From: Isurus oxyrinchus
Taxonomy: Eukaryota
DNA: 64,000 bases
NCBI GenBank assembly: GCA_026770705.1
Contig: JANJGN010000034.1
Location: 7,068,001-7,132,000 of the forward strand
Reading direction: 5' to 3'
The position numbers were made by a program, and so were the translations under genes. Positions 25,201 through 40,200 of the stretch are shown piece after piece. Positions within the stretch are counted from its first letter, which is position 1, and every line of letters begins with the position of its first letter. The notes below the pieces were generated by a model, which worked only from the letters and a program-made list of their open reading frames with translations, did not search any database and was not told the origin of the DNA.

Positions 25201-28200
25201 ATGCCATCAGATGACCAGTGAATGGTGGAGGGCGCATTGTTGTGTTGTATCGAAACTATCACTTGAAATATGCTTGCACCACTTTTGGTCAATTGAGAAA
25301 GTGAGCATTCGAAGGTCGCAACACCAAACCTAAGAGGAAGCTCATGATGTGTTATTTGTCCCTGATTCACATCTTACTTTATGGGACTGCAATATGGAAA
25401 ACGTACAAGGAGCACCTCAAGGGCACTGCTTGCGAAAGAAATAGCATATTAAGTGGGAGGGCTGACCGGGGAATGCTAGGACCTACATACTAGCAGGCAA
25501 CATAAGCTTTGGCTCTATGCTCATGTACGATCAGCTTCAGCAAGTTGGTACATAGTTTGGCTGTCAGGTATCAGGATCACAAAGCAGGTATTGTTCTCCG
25601 CGATTAGCCAGGACAGACGCACCAGAGAGGGCAGAGGAAGCTTTTAATGGATGTGCTGAAAAGCAACATGAAGAAAATGAAATATTCACATCGACATTTC
25701 GGTGGACACCATTAATGGATTATTCCAAATGGCACCAGGCCCTTTTGGAAGGACAGCAGCAATTTGAGTCTGAACAGCTACAAAATGATTAGGAAAAACA
25801 AGAGGGGCCAAAGGAAAACAGCATGACCCGAATTAATGATACACAACCTGCCATCCAACAAGGCAACAAATGCCTTGGGTGCATGAAGACTGCCTCTTCT
25901 TCCATCTCAGGCTCATGGAAGACAATCGTCCTCGCTACTGAGGCATAGCCAGTAATAACAGTATCTGCAAGCAATTAATCACGTGTCACGATGTGGCCTC
26001 ATGTTGTATCCACTCCAGTTTTGTTGAAATGGTTTCCGTTGTAACAATTTTAGTGTTTTCCTAATAAAGTCACGACATTCATGCAAATTGTCCTTTCCTG
26101 TCAACAGTCTACTTTCAATCTCTACCAGCAAGTTTCTGCTGCCAAATCTGGGGAAACAGTTGCCTGCAGGATGAACATGTTTCCCGAAGAGAAACTAAAC
26201 ATTTGTAAAATAAACAAAGAACACAGCTTGTCATAGAACGGTTACAGAAAAGAAAGAGGCCATCCAGCTCTTGTCGTCGGAGGCGTATCTCTGGATCAGT
26301 ATCTCAGCTGTTCCCATGCTCCAGACTTTCACCTCAGTGCATGCAACTTGATTGTTATTCAAAAAATTATCCAGCTCTCAATTAAAAGCCACGATTGTCC
26401 CTTCGAACGAGCTCATTCTAAAGCATTGCCTTTTGGAACCTAATGATGTGCTGCACATTTATTTTTCCCCATGTCCCCTTTGGTTTTCTTGTCAGTTAAC
26501 ATGGAATTAATGTCTTCCGGTTCTTGACTATTCCAGATGGAACAATCTATACCTGCCTAACATGTCCAGACCTCGTCGTGAATTTTAAAAGCCCCATCAA
26601 ATCTTCTTTCAATCATATTGTACCTATGTACAACCGCTATAAATTCTCAATTCCTTCCACCTGGAAGAAACAATCATCTCCCGAAGCAGGCCCATGAATA
26701 CAAGCTTACCCTCTCTAACGCCATCACTTCTCCCTAAACTATGAAGTCCAAAATATGATCCAATTCCCTAGTTGAAGTCGAACTAGCGGTTAAACAGATT
26801 TACCATAACTTCCTTTCTTTGCTGCCTAATCATCTATTTATGAAGCCGAAGATTTCATCTGGCTTAGTGACAGCGTTTCCAGTCTGCCCTGCATCTTGCA
26901 ACCATTTGTGCTCATAGACTCCCAAAGCCCCATAAGCAGCTACAATCCCCGTTGGAATGCTACCACAAGTTGTTCATTACCTTTTTCTACCAAAATGTAT
27001 CACTTCATGCCTCTCTCTACTAATTTCAACTGCAAAGTTCCTCCCATTCCACCAGTCCATCTGCGTCCATTTGAGGTATTTCACCATCTTCTTTGCAATT
27101 CATAGCCCTGTAACATCTGTAAAGTTTGAAGTTTTGCCCAGTAAATTCAGGTCGAGGTCCCTGATGCATACCATGTACACAGATTGGAAGGGGGAAACTG
27201 CACAATATTGTTGACACTTCAAAGTGGATTATCCTCTTTATGAATTACAGAGCTAAGCGATTGTCAACAAGCTGTAAAAGACCTTGGTGAGCAAAATATT
27301 CCTAGTGTTGCTTTAGATTAACATGCCTTATTATTTTGAACCATTAAGCAAATACTTTTATTTCCGTTAAAAAGTGAAGTAATTCAGGCAAACATTGTTT
27401 AGCGACAGGCCCACATTCGCTTCTTTGGATTTCAATAAAAGAAAATGCTGGGATGAAAGCAAACAGGCCAAACATCCGATAGTGGGCAGGATGAATTTCT
27501 GATGCGGCATGTGACATGATTATTAGCGCTTTTTGTCACAACTCTTTCTGAATCCTGCACACTAACGGAATGATGACTGTTTTTAAATTTATCGATTTGG
27601 CACCAAGTTGGAAAAGCCTTCTAACCAATAACGAAACTGCTCCCACCCGTGAAAAGTGTTGTTTAATCCTACAATTTTTGTTTTGTTTATCATGTAATCC
27701 CGAACAGAAGATAAACTGACTGCAAAAGAAAGAGGTACCTCATCTGACATATTGTTCTTCAAAAAGCCAGAGATTAACAATAGCTGATAAAGACAAAAAA
27801 AGTGCAGATGCTGGAAATCCAAAACAAAAACAGAATTACCTGGAAAAACTCAGCAGGTCTGGCAGTATCGGCGGAGAAGAAAAGAGTTGACGTTTCGAGT
27901 CCTCATGACCCTTCAACAGAACTTGATTTCGAGTCCATGAAAGAGTTGAAATATAAGCTGGTTTAAGGTGTGTGTGTGGGGGGCAGAGAGATAGAGAGAG
28001 AGAGAGAGAGGTGGGGGGTGTGGTTGTCTGGACAAAGAAGCAGTGATAGAAGCAGATCATCAAAAGATGTCAGCGACAATGGTACAATAGAACACATTGG
28101 TGTTAAAGTTAAAGTTGGTGATATTATCTAAACGAATCTGCTAATTAAGAATGGATGGTAGGGCACTCAATGTACAGCTCTAGTGGGGGTGGCGGGAGCA

Positions 28201-31200
28201 TAAAAGATTTTTTAAAATATTTAAAAATAATGGAAATAGGTGGGAAAAGAAAAATCTATATAATTTATTGGGGAAAAAAGGGGACAAAACAGAAAGGGGG
28301 TGGGGATGGGGGAGGGAGCTCACGACCTAAAGTTGTTGAATTCAATATTCAGTCCGAAGGCTGTAAGGTGCCTAGTCGGAAGATGAGGTGTTGTTCCTCC
28401 AGTTTGCGTTGGGCTTCACTGGAACAATGCAGCAAGCCAAGGACAGACATGTGGGCAAGAGAGCAGGGTGGAGTGTTAAAATGGCAAGCGACAGGGAGGT
28501 TTCGGACATTCTTGCGGACAGACCGCAGGTGTTCTGCAAAGCGGTCGCCCAGTTTACGTTTGGTCTCTCCAATGTAGAGGAGACCACATTGGGAGCAACG
28601 AATGCAGCAGACTAAGTTGGGGGAAATGCAAGTGAAATGCTGCTTCACTTGAAAGCAGTGCTTGGTCCCTTGGACGGTGAGGAGAGAGGAAGTGAAGGAG
28701 CAGTTGTTACATCTTTTTCGTGGGCATGGGGTGGTGCCATAGGAGGGGGTTGAGGAGTAGGGGTGATGGAGGAGTGGACCAGGGTATCCCGGAGGGAGCG
28801 ATCCCTACGGGATGCCGATAAGTGGGGTGAAGGGAAGATGTGTTTGGTGGTGGCATCATGCTGGAGCTGGCGGAAATGGCGGAGGATGATCCTTTGAATG
28901 CGGAGGCTGGTGGGGTGATAAGTGAGGACAAGGGGGACCCTATCATGTTTCTGGGAGGGAGGAGAAGGCGTGAGGGTGGATGCGCGGGAGATGGGCCGGA
29001 CACGGTTGAGGGCCCTGTCAATGACAATCCCCATCCACCACTACTCTCCTCCGTCTGGCTGAACTTGTTCTCACGTTGAACAATTTCTCCTTCAACTCCT
29101 CTCACTTCCTCCAAATAAAAGGTGTGGCTATGGGTACCCGCATGGGCCCCAGCTATGCCTGTCTCTTTATGGGGTATGTGGAACATTCCTTGTTGCAGTC
29201 CTACTCCGACACCCTTCCACAACTTTTTCTCCGGTACATCGATGATTACTTCGGTGCCGCTTCATGCTCTCGTCGGGACATGGAAAAATTTATTAATTTT
29301 GCTTCCAATCTCCACCCCTCCATCATTTTCACGTGGTCCATCTCTGACACTTCCCTTCCTTGACCTCTCTGTCTCAATCTCTGGTGATAGACTGTCCACC
29401 AATATCTATTACAAACCCACCAACTCCCACAGCTACCTCGACTACAGCTCCTCACACCCCGCTTCCTGTAAGGACTCCATCCCATTCTCCCAGTTCCTTC
29501 GCCTTCGTCGCATCTGTACCGATGATGCCACCTTCAAAAACGGTTCCTCTGACATGTCCTCCTTCTTCCTTAACCGAGGTTTTCCACCCACGGTCGTTGA
29601 CAGGGCCCTCAACCGTGTCCGGCCCATCTCCCGCGCATCCGTCCTCACGCCTTCTCCTCCCTCCCAGAAACATGATAGGGTCCCCCTTGTCCTCACTTAT
29701 CACCCCACCAGCCTCCGCATTCAAAGGATCATCCTCCGCCATTTCCGCCAACTCCAGCATGATGCCACCACCAAACACATCTTCCCTTCACCCCCCCTTA
29801 TCGGCATTCCGTAGGGATCGCTCCCTCCGGGACACCCTGGTCCACTCCTCCATCACCCCCTACTCCTCAATCCCCTCCTATGGCACCACCCCATGCCCAC
29901 GCAAAAGATGTAACACCTGCTCCTTCACTTCCTCTCTCCTCACCGTCCAAGGGCCCAGACACTCCTTTCAAGTGAAGCAGCATTTCACTTGCTTTTCCCC
30001 CAACTTAGTCTACTGCATTCGTTGCTCCCAATGTGGTCTCCTCTACATTGGAGAGACCAAACGTAAACTGGGCGACCGCTTTGCAGAACACCTGCGGTCT
30101 GTCCGCAAGAATGACCCAAACCTCCCTGTCGCTTGCCATTTTAACACTCCACCCTGCTCTCTTGCCCACATGTCTGTCCTTGGCTTACTGCATTGTTCCA
30201 GTGAAGCCCAACGCAAACTGGAGGAACAACACCTCATCTTCCGACTAGGCACCTTACAGCCTTCCGGACTGAATATTGAATTCAACAACTTTAGGTCGTG
30301 AGCTCCCTCCCCCATCCCCACCCCCTTTCTGTTTTGCCCCCTTTTTTTCCCAATAAATTATATAGATTTTTCTTTTCCCACCTATTTCTATTATTTTTAA
30401 ATATATTAAAATCTTTTATGCTCCCTCCACCCCCACTAGAGCTGTACCTTGTTTGCATTAACAATAGCTGGTTGCTTCTTTACATGATTTGCTTTGTTTT
30501 CGTATGAATGTTTTATGTTTTTTTTCAACTAAGCAGATTGTTAGATGGTAACCTAAAGGTTGGCAGCAGAAGAATCCGATACGTCGGCTCCATAGTTTCG
30601 AGTTAGGAGGGCATATTTTCCGATGTTGCGTCACACAAAGTTGGAAGACAATAAATAACATGTAAACTAATCAACTGAATAAGGAATTCATTTAATGGTC
30701 CTTCAACAAGGTAGTGGTAACAACGAAGTACTCGCTAGCACAGTGAAGTTAGAAATAAAACGTAAGTGGTGGTTAAGAATGACTGATTTGCAGATAGAGT
30801 TTATGAAGGAGTTCTTGTGCCGCTGATGTGGAGTCACAACTTTCGGCCAGAAGCTCTGCTTTCAAGTGTCACTTCAGGACTTGAAGGCTGTTGAAGCTGT
30901 TTTTGTAAGGTGGCCGGCTGTAACTTTTAAAAGCTTCCAATGGGCCTGGAGGCAGGTGTTAAGAACGGGAGAGATGCTGGCTCGTCAGACAGCAGAAAGC
31001 AACGTCAAGTGTCTTTCGTACTTTGCCAAGCAAATCGAATTGACATCCATGATCACCAAAACCCTCTCAAAACAAGTTACGTTGAGAAGCAGGAATGAAA
31101 TAATGTATGTCGTACTTTGCTCTGTGGAGGATAGGCTTAGGCATGATTTGATTGAAATGACAAGTATTTTCTGCTAATTTATATGGGTCGGAATACCCTC

Positions 31201-34200
31201 TCAGTACAGAATTCATTAGATTTAATTTTTTTTTTGAAAAGTATCTCATTCCAAATTGGTAAGGAAAAATGACAGAACGCCCGTTATATTTGATCGATAG
31301 TGTACCTAGCCAGGGTATAGCAGAGTGTATCTACTTAAATGATGCCATTGAACAATTGTTCACGTGATGAACTTGGCAAAGTCCTGCAATAAAACATAAT
31401 CTGCAAAAGCATTTGGTTTCACGGTTGTGCAAGTTAATTTGCAAATAGAAGCACGGTGCATGTTACTAATTCAGACTTACAGCGCCGTTAAAGATGGAAT
31501 TATGCGATGTCTTATTTTTTAAGCATGTATAATATGCTAGTAAAATATACGAAAGCATGCCATGCAAATAATGGATGACCGTCTCGGGGAGATTCAATGT
31601 CATGTCTCTGTATGTTACTGCCCATCCTGTATTCTAGTAAGGTGAACGATGTCAGCCTCGTGCTTATTGCTACTGCAATCCCAGCACTCTGCTCTCTGTT
31701 AAAATGGAGTATGAAATGGCGGCCCAAATTGGACCTCGTATTTTTATGAATATGATAAAAGGATCAGCTGAGGGAAATATTCTGCCATTATTTATTGGTA
31801 GGATAAGTCGGTGATTCATGAGGTTGTGAGTGGAAGTAGATATGGTAATATGAGATGAAGTAAGTTGAAGTATGGAACGTGTGGAAGGACATAATCCACG
31901 TTGACAAATACCTTGACCAGTAATGTAAATTCTGTATGGTAATTCGGGAGGATGCGGGGGACGGAAAGCGGGAAACGTGCTGAAATTGAAATAATAATGA
32001 AACGCTCACATCTCATTATTCTAGAGATTCTAACATGCCAAGAGTCTTTAAAGGATTCAGGTGGGAAATAAATTTGTTATTTGTGTGAAATAGCCACTGC
32101 ACAAAATATTCCTGCAATTCCTAGTGCACACATAGAATACAGAAATGCTGATCAGTAATTTTAAATGTACAAATGTAAACTTTGCCTACATCATATAGCT
32201 ACCAAGCATAGAAAGAGGCCAATCCTTCACCTTGCCTGTTACTGCTATATGAAAGAGTTTTATTTCTCTCCATTTCTCTCTCTGTCTCTCTCTCTGATTA
32301 GCTGCGTTTCAGAAATCTTTTCACACAACCTTCTGAACGCTTGATCTTCCCAATAAGATGTTGCTCCCCGCCAACCCACTCCGCCCCACCCTGTGCTTTG
32401 TCTATGAATAACCATACATCTGTGTTTCTTTGTTGCTGGTCGTCCAGGACATGCGAACCTTTTATTGTTATTTAATTTCTTAATGATGATGGTCTGATCA
32501 TATTGGGCGTCATTATCATAGGGTCCATTAACATTTTTGCCGTAATCAGAAAAATCTCATCTCCCCTCCGCTGTCGATATAACTGACACCCCTGGTACTG
32601 TCGATTAAATCTTCCCTGTGCTCCCAACACGATCTGTGAATCATTGCAAAGCATGGTGCGTCGACTTTGAATACAATATCCTAAAGTGGCGCAAAGAAAA
32701 CCACAATCTTGGAGAAGTTGCATTGAATGTCGTCGTATTGGTTAAATACACAGCTTCAGCAGTGAAGTCTCCATCAATTATTGATCACGACTAATGTGTG
32801 GCACTGTTTGCTAAGCTGGTTGTCTGGTTGGGTGTGGAATTCATGGCCGTTGCGATAGGGTCAGTTTCACGCTACAGTCCAGGATCACTATTTAACATTA
32901 TATGTAGCATGATCTACATTATTGCATTGTTGCGGAGGTATGCACGCAGCAATATACTTGACATGACAACATGTTAAAAATGTAAATCTACCTGCAAACA
33001 TGTGGCTTTTCATATAAAAAATCAACATTTTCAATGATTCCACAATCTTACTGTTAACGTCATGCCATGACAGAAACAAAGCTGGAAGGCCAAGAAAAAG
33101 GTAGGCAATTTAAGTGTTTGCTGTTTTCAAAAGACAGAAATTAATATGTTAGGAACATATCTATGGGTGTTTTGTTTCATGATTAACTTCTCTGAAATTG
33201 CATTTAGCATTATTAATGGGAAGATTGGCTGAATTTGGTAATGGGCTATATATGGAGAAAATGTTTCAGCTTAATGTCACAGCCAAAACTGAGAGCCAGT
33301 AAGGTAGGAGTTTAACATTAATCCAACCTGACAATCAGGAGGAATGTATTGATCCATAAGACCACCAGAATTTGGGATTTGCTGCTGCGTCATCCTTTGT
33401 TATATGGAATGTCACAACATTTATTTTAAAACCAAGGACAGTTATCCACTGAGATCCCACGAAAGTTCAAGAGAATTTATTATCACGGAGGTAATGTCGT
33501 GTCGTCCCCACGAAAATTTTACTTCAGCATTGCCAACGCCAGAGAATTGACCAACGTGCATTGTTAAGCAAGTTTACCTCGTGCCTGCAGTCTGGCTTAA
33601 AGACTGTTACTACCACAGAATAACGATGCCTTCACTTGTAGACATGTTCAGGCTTTGGGTCATGACTTCATAAGGATACATGTTGATCTCTAAATATTCA
33701 AACTGTGTAACCTCAGGTGGTTTGCAGTCGTTTCAGGGGCCATGTGTGATTGAAATGTGTGACGAACACTACTGCCTCCTTACAAGCAGGCAACATAAGC
33801 TTTGGGTCTATGCTGATGTGCGATCAGCTTCGGCGAGTTGCACATAGTTCCGCTGTCAGGTATCAGGCTCACAAGGCGGGTATTGTTCACCAAGATTAGC
33901 CAGGACAGACGCACCAGAGGAGGGCAGAGGATGCTCTTAAGGGATGTGCTGAAAAGCAACAAGAAGGAAATGAATTATTCACATCGGCATCTCGGCTGGC
34001 AACGTTTATGGATTAAGCCAAACCGCACCAGGCCCTTTAGGATGGACCACAGCAATTTGAGTCCGATCAACTACAGAATGATTAGAAAAAACACGAGGGT
34101 CCAAAGGAAAACAGCATGACCCGAATTAATGATACAAGACGTGACATCCAACAAGTCAAGAAAGGCCTTGGGTGCATGAAGTGTGCAGGTCCCGAATCTG

Positions 34201-37200
34201 CCTCTTCATCCATCTCAGGCTCATGGAAGACAATTGTCCTCGCTAGTGAGGTGTAGCCAGTAATAACAGGAACTGCAAGCAATTAATCACGTGTTCCGAT
34301 GTGGCCTCATGTTGCATCAGCTCCAGATTTGTTGAAACAGTTTCCGTGGAAACAATTTTTGTGTTTTGCTAATATAGTCACTATATACAAGCGAATTGTC
34401 CTTTCCTGTCAACATTGTACTTTCGATCTCTACCAGCAAGTTTCTGCCGCCAAATCTGAGGAAACAGTTGCCCGCAGGATGACGACTTGGGGGTTCTTAC
34501 AGTGCAGTTAACCATGTGGGAGAAAACCATGTTTCCCGAAGAGAAACTTAACATTTGTAACATACTCAAAGAATACATCTTGTCATAGATCGGTTACCAC
34601 AAATAAAGAGGCCATCCGGTTCTTCGTCTCCGAGGTGAATCTCTGGGTCAGTATCTCAGAAGTTCCCATGCTCCAGACCTTCACCTGCAGCGCATGCAAC
34701 TTGCTTCCTATTCAAAGAATTACCCAGCTCCCTATTAAAAGGCTCGATTGTCCCTTCGCCGAGCACATTTTTAGGCGTTGCATTCTGGAACCTCATGATG
34801 TGCTGCACATTTATTTTTCCCCATGTTCCCTTTGGTTTTCTGTCAGTTAACATTAAATTAATGTCTTCTGGTTCATGACTATTCCAGATGGAACTGTCTA
34901 TACCTGCCTAACATGAAGAGGCCACATGGTGAATTTGTAAAGCCGCATCAAATCTTCTTTCAAACATATTCTATGTCTGTACAACCGCTATAAATTCTCA
35001 ATTCTTTCCACCTGGAAGAAACAATCATCTCTGGAAACATTCCAATGAATACAAGCTCTACCCTAGCTAACGCCTCCCCTTGTGCCTACACTATGAAGTC
35101 CAAAATATGATACAATTCCCCATATGAAGTCGAACTAGTGGTTAAACAGTTTTACCATAATTTCCTATCTTTGCTGCCTAATCATCTATTTATGAAGCCG
35201 AAGATTTCATCTGGCTTAGTGACAGCGTTTTAAATCTGCCCTGCATCTTGCAAACATTTGAGCTCTTATACTCCCAAAGCCCCATAAGCAGCTACCATCC
35301 CCTTTGGAATGCTACCACAAGTTGTTCATTACATCTTTCTACCAAAATGTATCACTTCATGCCTCTGTCCACTAATTTCAACTACAATAGTTCCTCCCAT
35401 TCCACCAGTACATCTGCGTCCGTTTGAACTATTTCACCATCTTCCCTGCAATTAATAGCCCTGCAAAATCTGAAAACTTTGAAGTTTTGCTTTGGACACT
35501 CAGGACTAGGTCCTTGATGCATACCATGTAGATTGATTGAAAGGGGGAAACTGCGCAATTTTGTTGTCACTTCAGTGTGGATTGTCCATTTTATAAATTA
35601 CAGAGCTAAGCGATTGTCAACAAGCTGTAAAAGACCTCGGTAAGCAAAACATTCCCGGTATCGCTTTAGAATACATACCTTATTTTTTGAACCAATAAGC
35701 AAATACTTTTATTTTCGTTAAAAATTGAAGTCAACAATTCAGCCACACGTTGTTTGGCAATAGGCCCACATTCGCTTCTGTTGATTTCAATAAAAGAAAA
35801 TGCTGGGCAGAAAACAAAAAAGTCCGAACATCCGATCGTGGGCAGGATGAATTTCTGATGCTCCATGCATCATGATTATTGGTGCTTTTTGTCACGACCC
35901 TTACTGCCGGAATGATGACTTACACGCTGACGGAATGATCACATTTTTTATACTTATCAATTTGGCACCAAGTTGGCAAAGTGTTCAAACCAATAACGAA
36001 AATCCTCACACTCGTCAAAAATGCTGTTTACTCCTAAAATTTTTGGTTTGTTTATCATGTAATCCCGAACAGAAGAAAAACTGACTGCAAAAGAAAAAGG
36101 TACCTCATCTGACATATTTTTCTTCAAAAAGCCAGAGATTGACATTGGCTGATTGCTTCTTTACATGATTTGTTTTGCGTTCTTATGAATGTTTTACTGT
36201 TTTTTTTTTCAACTAAGCAGATTGCTAGATTGTAACCTAAGGGTTGGCAGCAGAAGAATCCGATATGTGTGTTCCATAGTTTCGAAATAGGAGGGCATAT
36301 TTTCCGATGCTGTGTCACACAAAGTTGTAAGACAATAAATAACATGTAAACTAATGAACTGAATAAGGAATTCACTTAATGCTCCTTATGCAAGTTAGTG
36401 GTAACAACAAAGCACCCGCTAGCACAGTGCAGTTAGAAATAAAATGCATGTGGTGGTTAAGAATGACAGGTTTGCTAATAGATTTTATGATGGAGTTTTT
36501 ATGAGCTGTTGTGGATTCACAAATTTCGGCCAGAAGCTCTGTGTTCAAGTCTCACTTCAGGACTTGAAGGCTGTTGAAACGGTTTTTGTAAGGTGGCTGT
36601 ATTGGTTACAATCTTGTGATGCGTTCCAATCCATCTGGTGGCATGTGCTAAGAGTGGGAAAGATGCTCGCCTGTCAGACAGCAGAAAGCAACGTCAAGTG
36701 ACTGTTGTACTTTGCAAACATAATAGTGCCCAAATCAAATGGACATCGATGATCACCAACACCCTCACAATGCATGTTACCTGGAAAAGCAGGGATGACA
36801 TAATGTATGTGGTATGTTGCTCTGGTGGAGGATAGGCTTAGGCATGGGACACTTGATCAGATGGCTAGATATTTTCTGCTAATTTATATGGTTCGGTCTA
36901 CCCTCTCGGTACCGAATTCATTAGATTTAAATCTTTATTTTGAAATGTGACTCATTCCAAATTGGTAAGGAAAAATGACAGAACGCCCTCTATCGTTGAG
37001 CGATGGTGTACCTGGCCAGCTAGCAGCACAGTGTATCCACTTAAATAATGTCATTGAACAATCGTTCACGTAAAGAACTTGGCAAAGTGCTGCAATAAAA
37101 GAAAATCTGCAGATGCATTTGATTCCACGGTTGTGCAAGTTAATTTGCAAACAGAAGCACGGTGCATGTTACCGATTCAGATTTACAGCGCCATTAAAAA

Positions 37201-40200
37201 TGGAGTTATGCAATGTCTTATTTTTTAAGCATGTATAATATGCAAGTAAAATGTACTAAAGCATGCCAGGCAACTATTGAAGGACCGTCTTGGGTAGATT
37301 CAATATGATGTCTCTGTATGTTATTGCACAATCTGTACTCAAGTGAAGTGACCGATGCCAGACACATGCTGATTGCTAATGCAACCCCGGCACTCTGCTT
37401 TTTGGTAAAATGGAGTACGAAAGGCAGCCCAAATTAGACTTCGCATTTTTATGAATATGTAACAAGGATCAGCTGATGGAAAAATTTTGCAGTTATTAAA
37501 GAGTAGGATAAGCTGGCGCTTCAGGAGGAAGTGAGTAGGAGTACATAGGGTAATATGAGATGCAATATGTCGAAGTATGAAGCGTGTGGAAGGACATAAT
37601 CCACTTTATCAAATACCTTGACCAGTACTGTAAATTCTGCATAGTAAGTCGGGAGGGTTGGGGGGAGGGAGACCGGGAAACGTGCTGAAATTGAAATAAT
37701 GATGACACTCTCACATCTCACTATTCTAGAGATTCTAACATGCCAAAAGTCTTTAAAGGATTCAGGTGGGAAATATATTTGTTTTTTGATTAAAATACCC
37801 GCTGCACAAAATATTCCTGCAATTCCTAGCCCACACGTAGAATACAGAAATGCAGATCAGTAATTTTAAATGTAAAAATGTAACCATTGCCTACATCATA
37901 TAGTTACCAAGCATAGAAAGAGGCCAATCCTCTACCGTGCCTGTTACTGCTATTTGAAAGAGTTTTATCTCTCTCCATCTCCCTCTCTCTCTCTCTCTGA
38001 TTAGCTGCGTTCCAGAAATCTTTTTACACAACCTTGCAAATGCTTCTTCTGCACAATAAGGTGTTGTTCCCCGCCAACCCCCTCCACTCCACCCTATGAT
38101 TTGTCTAATAATAACCACACATCTGTGTTTCTTTGTTGCTGGTCATACTGGACGTGCGAACCTTTTATTGTTATTTAATTTCTTAAGAATGATGGTCTCA
38201 TCATAAAGGGCGTCATTATCATACGGTCAAATAACCTTCTTGTCATGATCAGTAAAATCTCAGCTCCCCACCGCTGTCTATACAACTGATGCCCCTGAAA
38301 CTGTTGGTTAATTCTTCCCTCTGTTCCCAGCACGATTTGTGAATTATTGCAAAGCATGGAGCGTCGAATTTGAATATGATATCCTAAAGTGGCGCATATT
38401 AAACAACAATCGTGGGGAACCTGCATTGAGTGTCAACATATTAGTTAGATTAACATCTTCAGCAGGAAGTCCTCCATCAATTATTGATCATGACTAATGT
38501 GTGGCACTGTTAGCTGAGCTGGTTGTCTGGCTGGGCGTGGAATGGACGCCGTTGCGATAGGTTCAGTTTCATGCTACAGTCCAGGATCATTATTTAACAC
38601 TATATGTAGCATGATCTACATTATTGTATATTTGCGGAGGTATGCACGCAGCACTATCCTTGACATAGCAAAATGTTAAATATGTACATGCACCTGCAAA
38701 CATATGGCTTTTCATATAAAAAATCAACTGTTTCAATGATTCCACAATCTTCCTGTTGACACCATGGTTTGACAGAAACAAAGCTGGAAGGCAAAGAAAA
38801 AGGTAGGCAGTTTAATGGTTCGCTATTTTAAAAAGACAGAAATTAACGTGTTAGGAATATACCCATGTGTCTTTTCTTTCATGATTAAATTCTCTGAAAT
38901 AGCATTTAGCATTATTAACGGGAAGATCGGTTTAATTTGGTAATGTGGAGAAAATGTTTCAGCTTGAGGTAACAGCCAAAATTGAGATTCAGTTATATAG
39001 GAGTTTAACATTAATCCAACCTCACACTCAGGAGGGAAGAATTGATCCATGAAACGAAGAGAATTTGGAATTCACTGCGGCGTCATCCTTTGTTATACAG
39101 AATTTCGAAACTTTTTTTTCTAAGGCTAAGAACAGTTATCCACCGAAATTCCACAAAAGTTCAAGTGACTTGATTTTCACGGAGTAAATGTCTTGTCATC
39201 CCCACCAAAATTTTACTTCAGCATTGTCAACTCCAGATTAATCACCCACGTGCATTGTTAAGCAAGTTTACCTCGGGCTTGCAGTCTGGTTTAAAGAGTG
39301 TTACTACGACAAAAAAAAGATGCCTTCCCTTGTAGACGTGTTCAGGTTTGGGGTCATTACTTCATCAGAATACTTCTTAGTCTCTAAATATCCAGACTGC
39401 GTAAGCTCAGGTGGTTTGTAGTCGTTTCAGGGGCCATGTGTGATTGAAATGTGTGACGAACACTACTGCCCCCTTACAAACAAGCAACATAAGCTTTGGA
39501 TCTATGAGATGTGCCATCAGCTTCAGCGAGTTGGCACATAGTTCGGCTGTCAGGTTCACAAAGTGGGAATTGTTCTCAAAGATTAGCCAGGACAGACGAA
39601 CCAGAGGAAGCTCTTATGGGATGTGCTGAAAAGCAACAACAAGAAAATAAATTATTCGCATCGACACCTCGGTGGAGACTGTTTATGGATTAAGCCAAAT
39701 GGCACCAAGGCCTACAGGAAGCACCCCAGTACAAAATGATTAGAAAAAACAAGAGGGGCCAAAGGAAAACAGCATGACCCGAATTAATGATACAAGACCT
39801 GATATCCAGCAAGGCAAGAAATATATTCGGTGCATGAAGTCTACAGGTCCGAATCTCCCTCTTCATCCATCTCAGGCTCATGGAAGACAATCGTCCTCGC
39901 TAGTGAGGTGTAGCCAGTAATAACAGTATCTGCAAGCAATTAATCATGTGTCCCGACATGGCCTCATGTTGCATCAGCTCCATTTTTGTTGAAACTGTTT
40001 CTGTGGAAATAATTCTGGTGTTTTCCTTATGAGGTCACTAGATACATGCAAATTGTCCTCTCCTGTCAACAGTCTACTTTCAATCTCTACCAGCAATTTC
40101 CTGCTGCCAATCTGAGGAAACAGTTGCCCACAGGATGTTGACTTGGGTGTTCTTACAGTACTGTAAACCACGTGGGAGAAAACCATGTTTCCCGAAGAGA

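Larger units (their letters stand above)
20259..25470. repeat. PQRS block of the super-unit (other copies at <1-3950 and ~50960-56170)
   Basis: cagcatgctgaaagattggtgt at 1, ~21538, ~52247; exon Q at 1280/22820/53525. Confidence 0.95.
27787..30456. mobile_element. Penelope-like retroelement insertion with inverted arm and 14-bp TSD
   Basis: TSD attaacaatagctg at 27773-27786 and 30457-30470; the other unit copies show the empty site; RT and GIY-YIG motifs inside. Confidence 0.93.

Noticed and set aside
28155-30321. Several overlapping ORFs on both strands
   Set aside because: Alternative-frame or antisense readings of the C-rich Penelope ORF; only the RT/GIY-YIG frames are meaningful, and they are truncated and frameshifted (non-autonomous).
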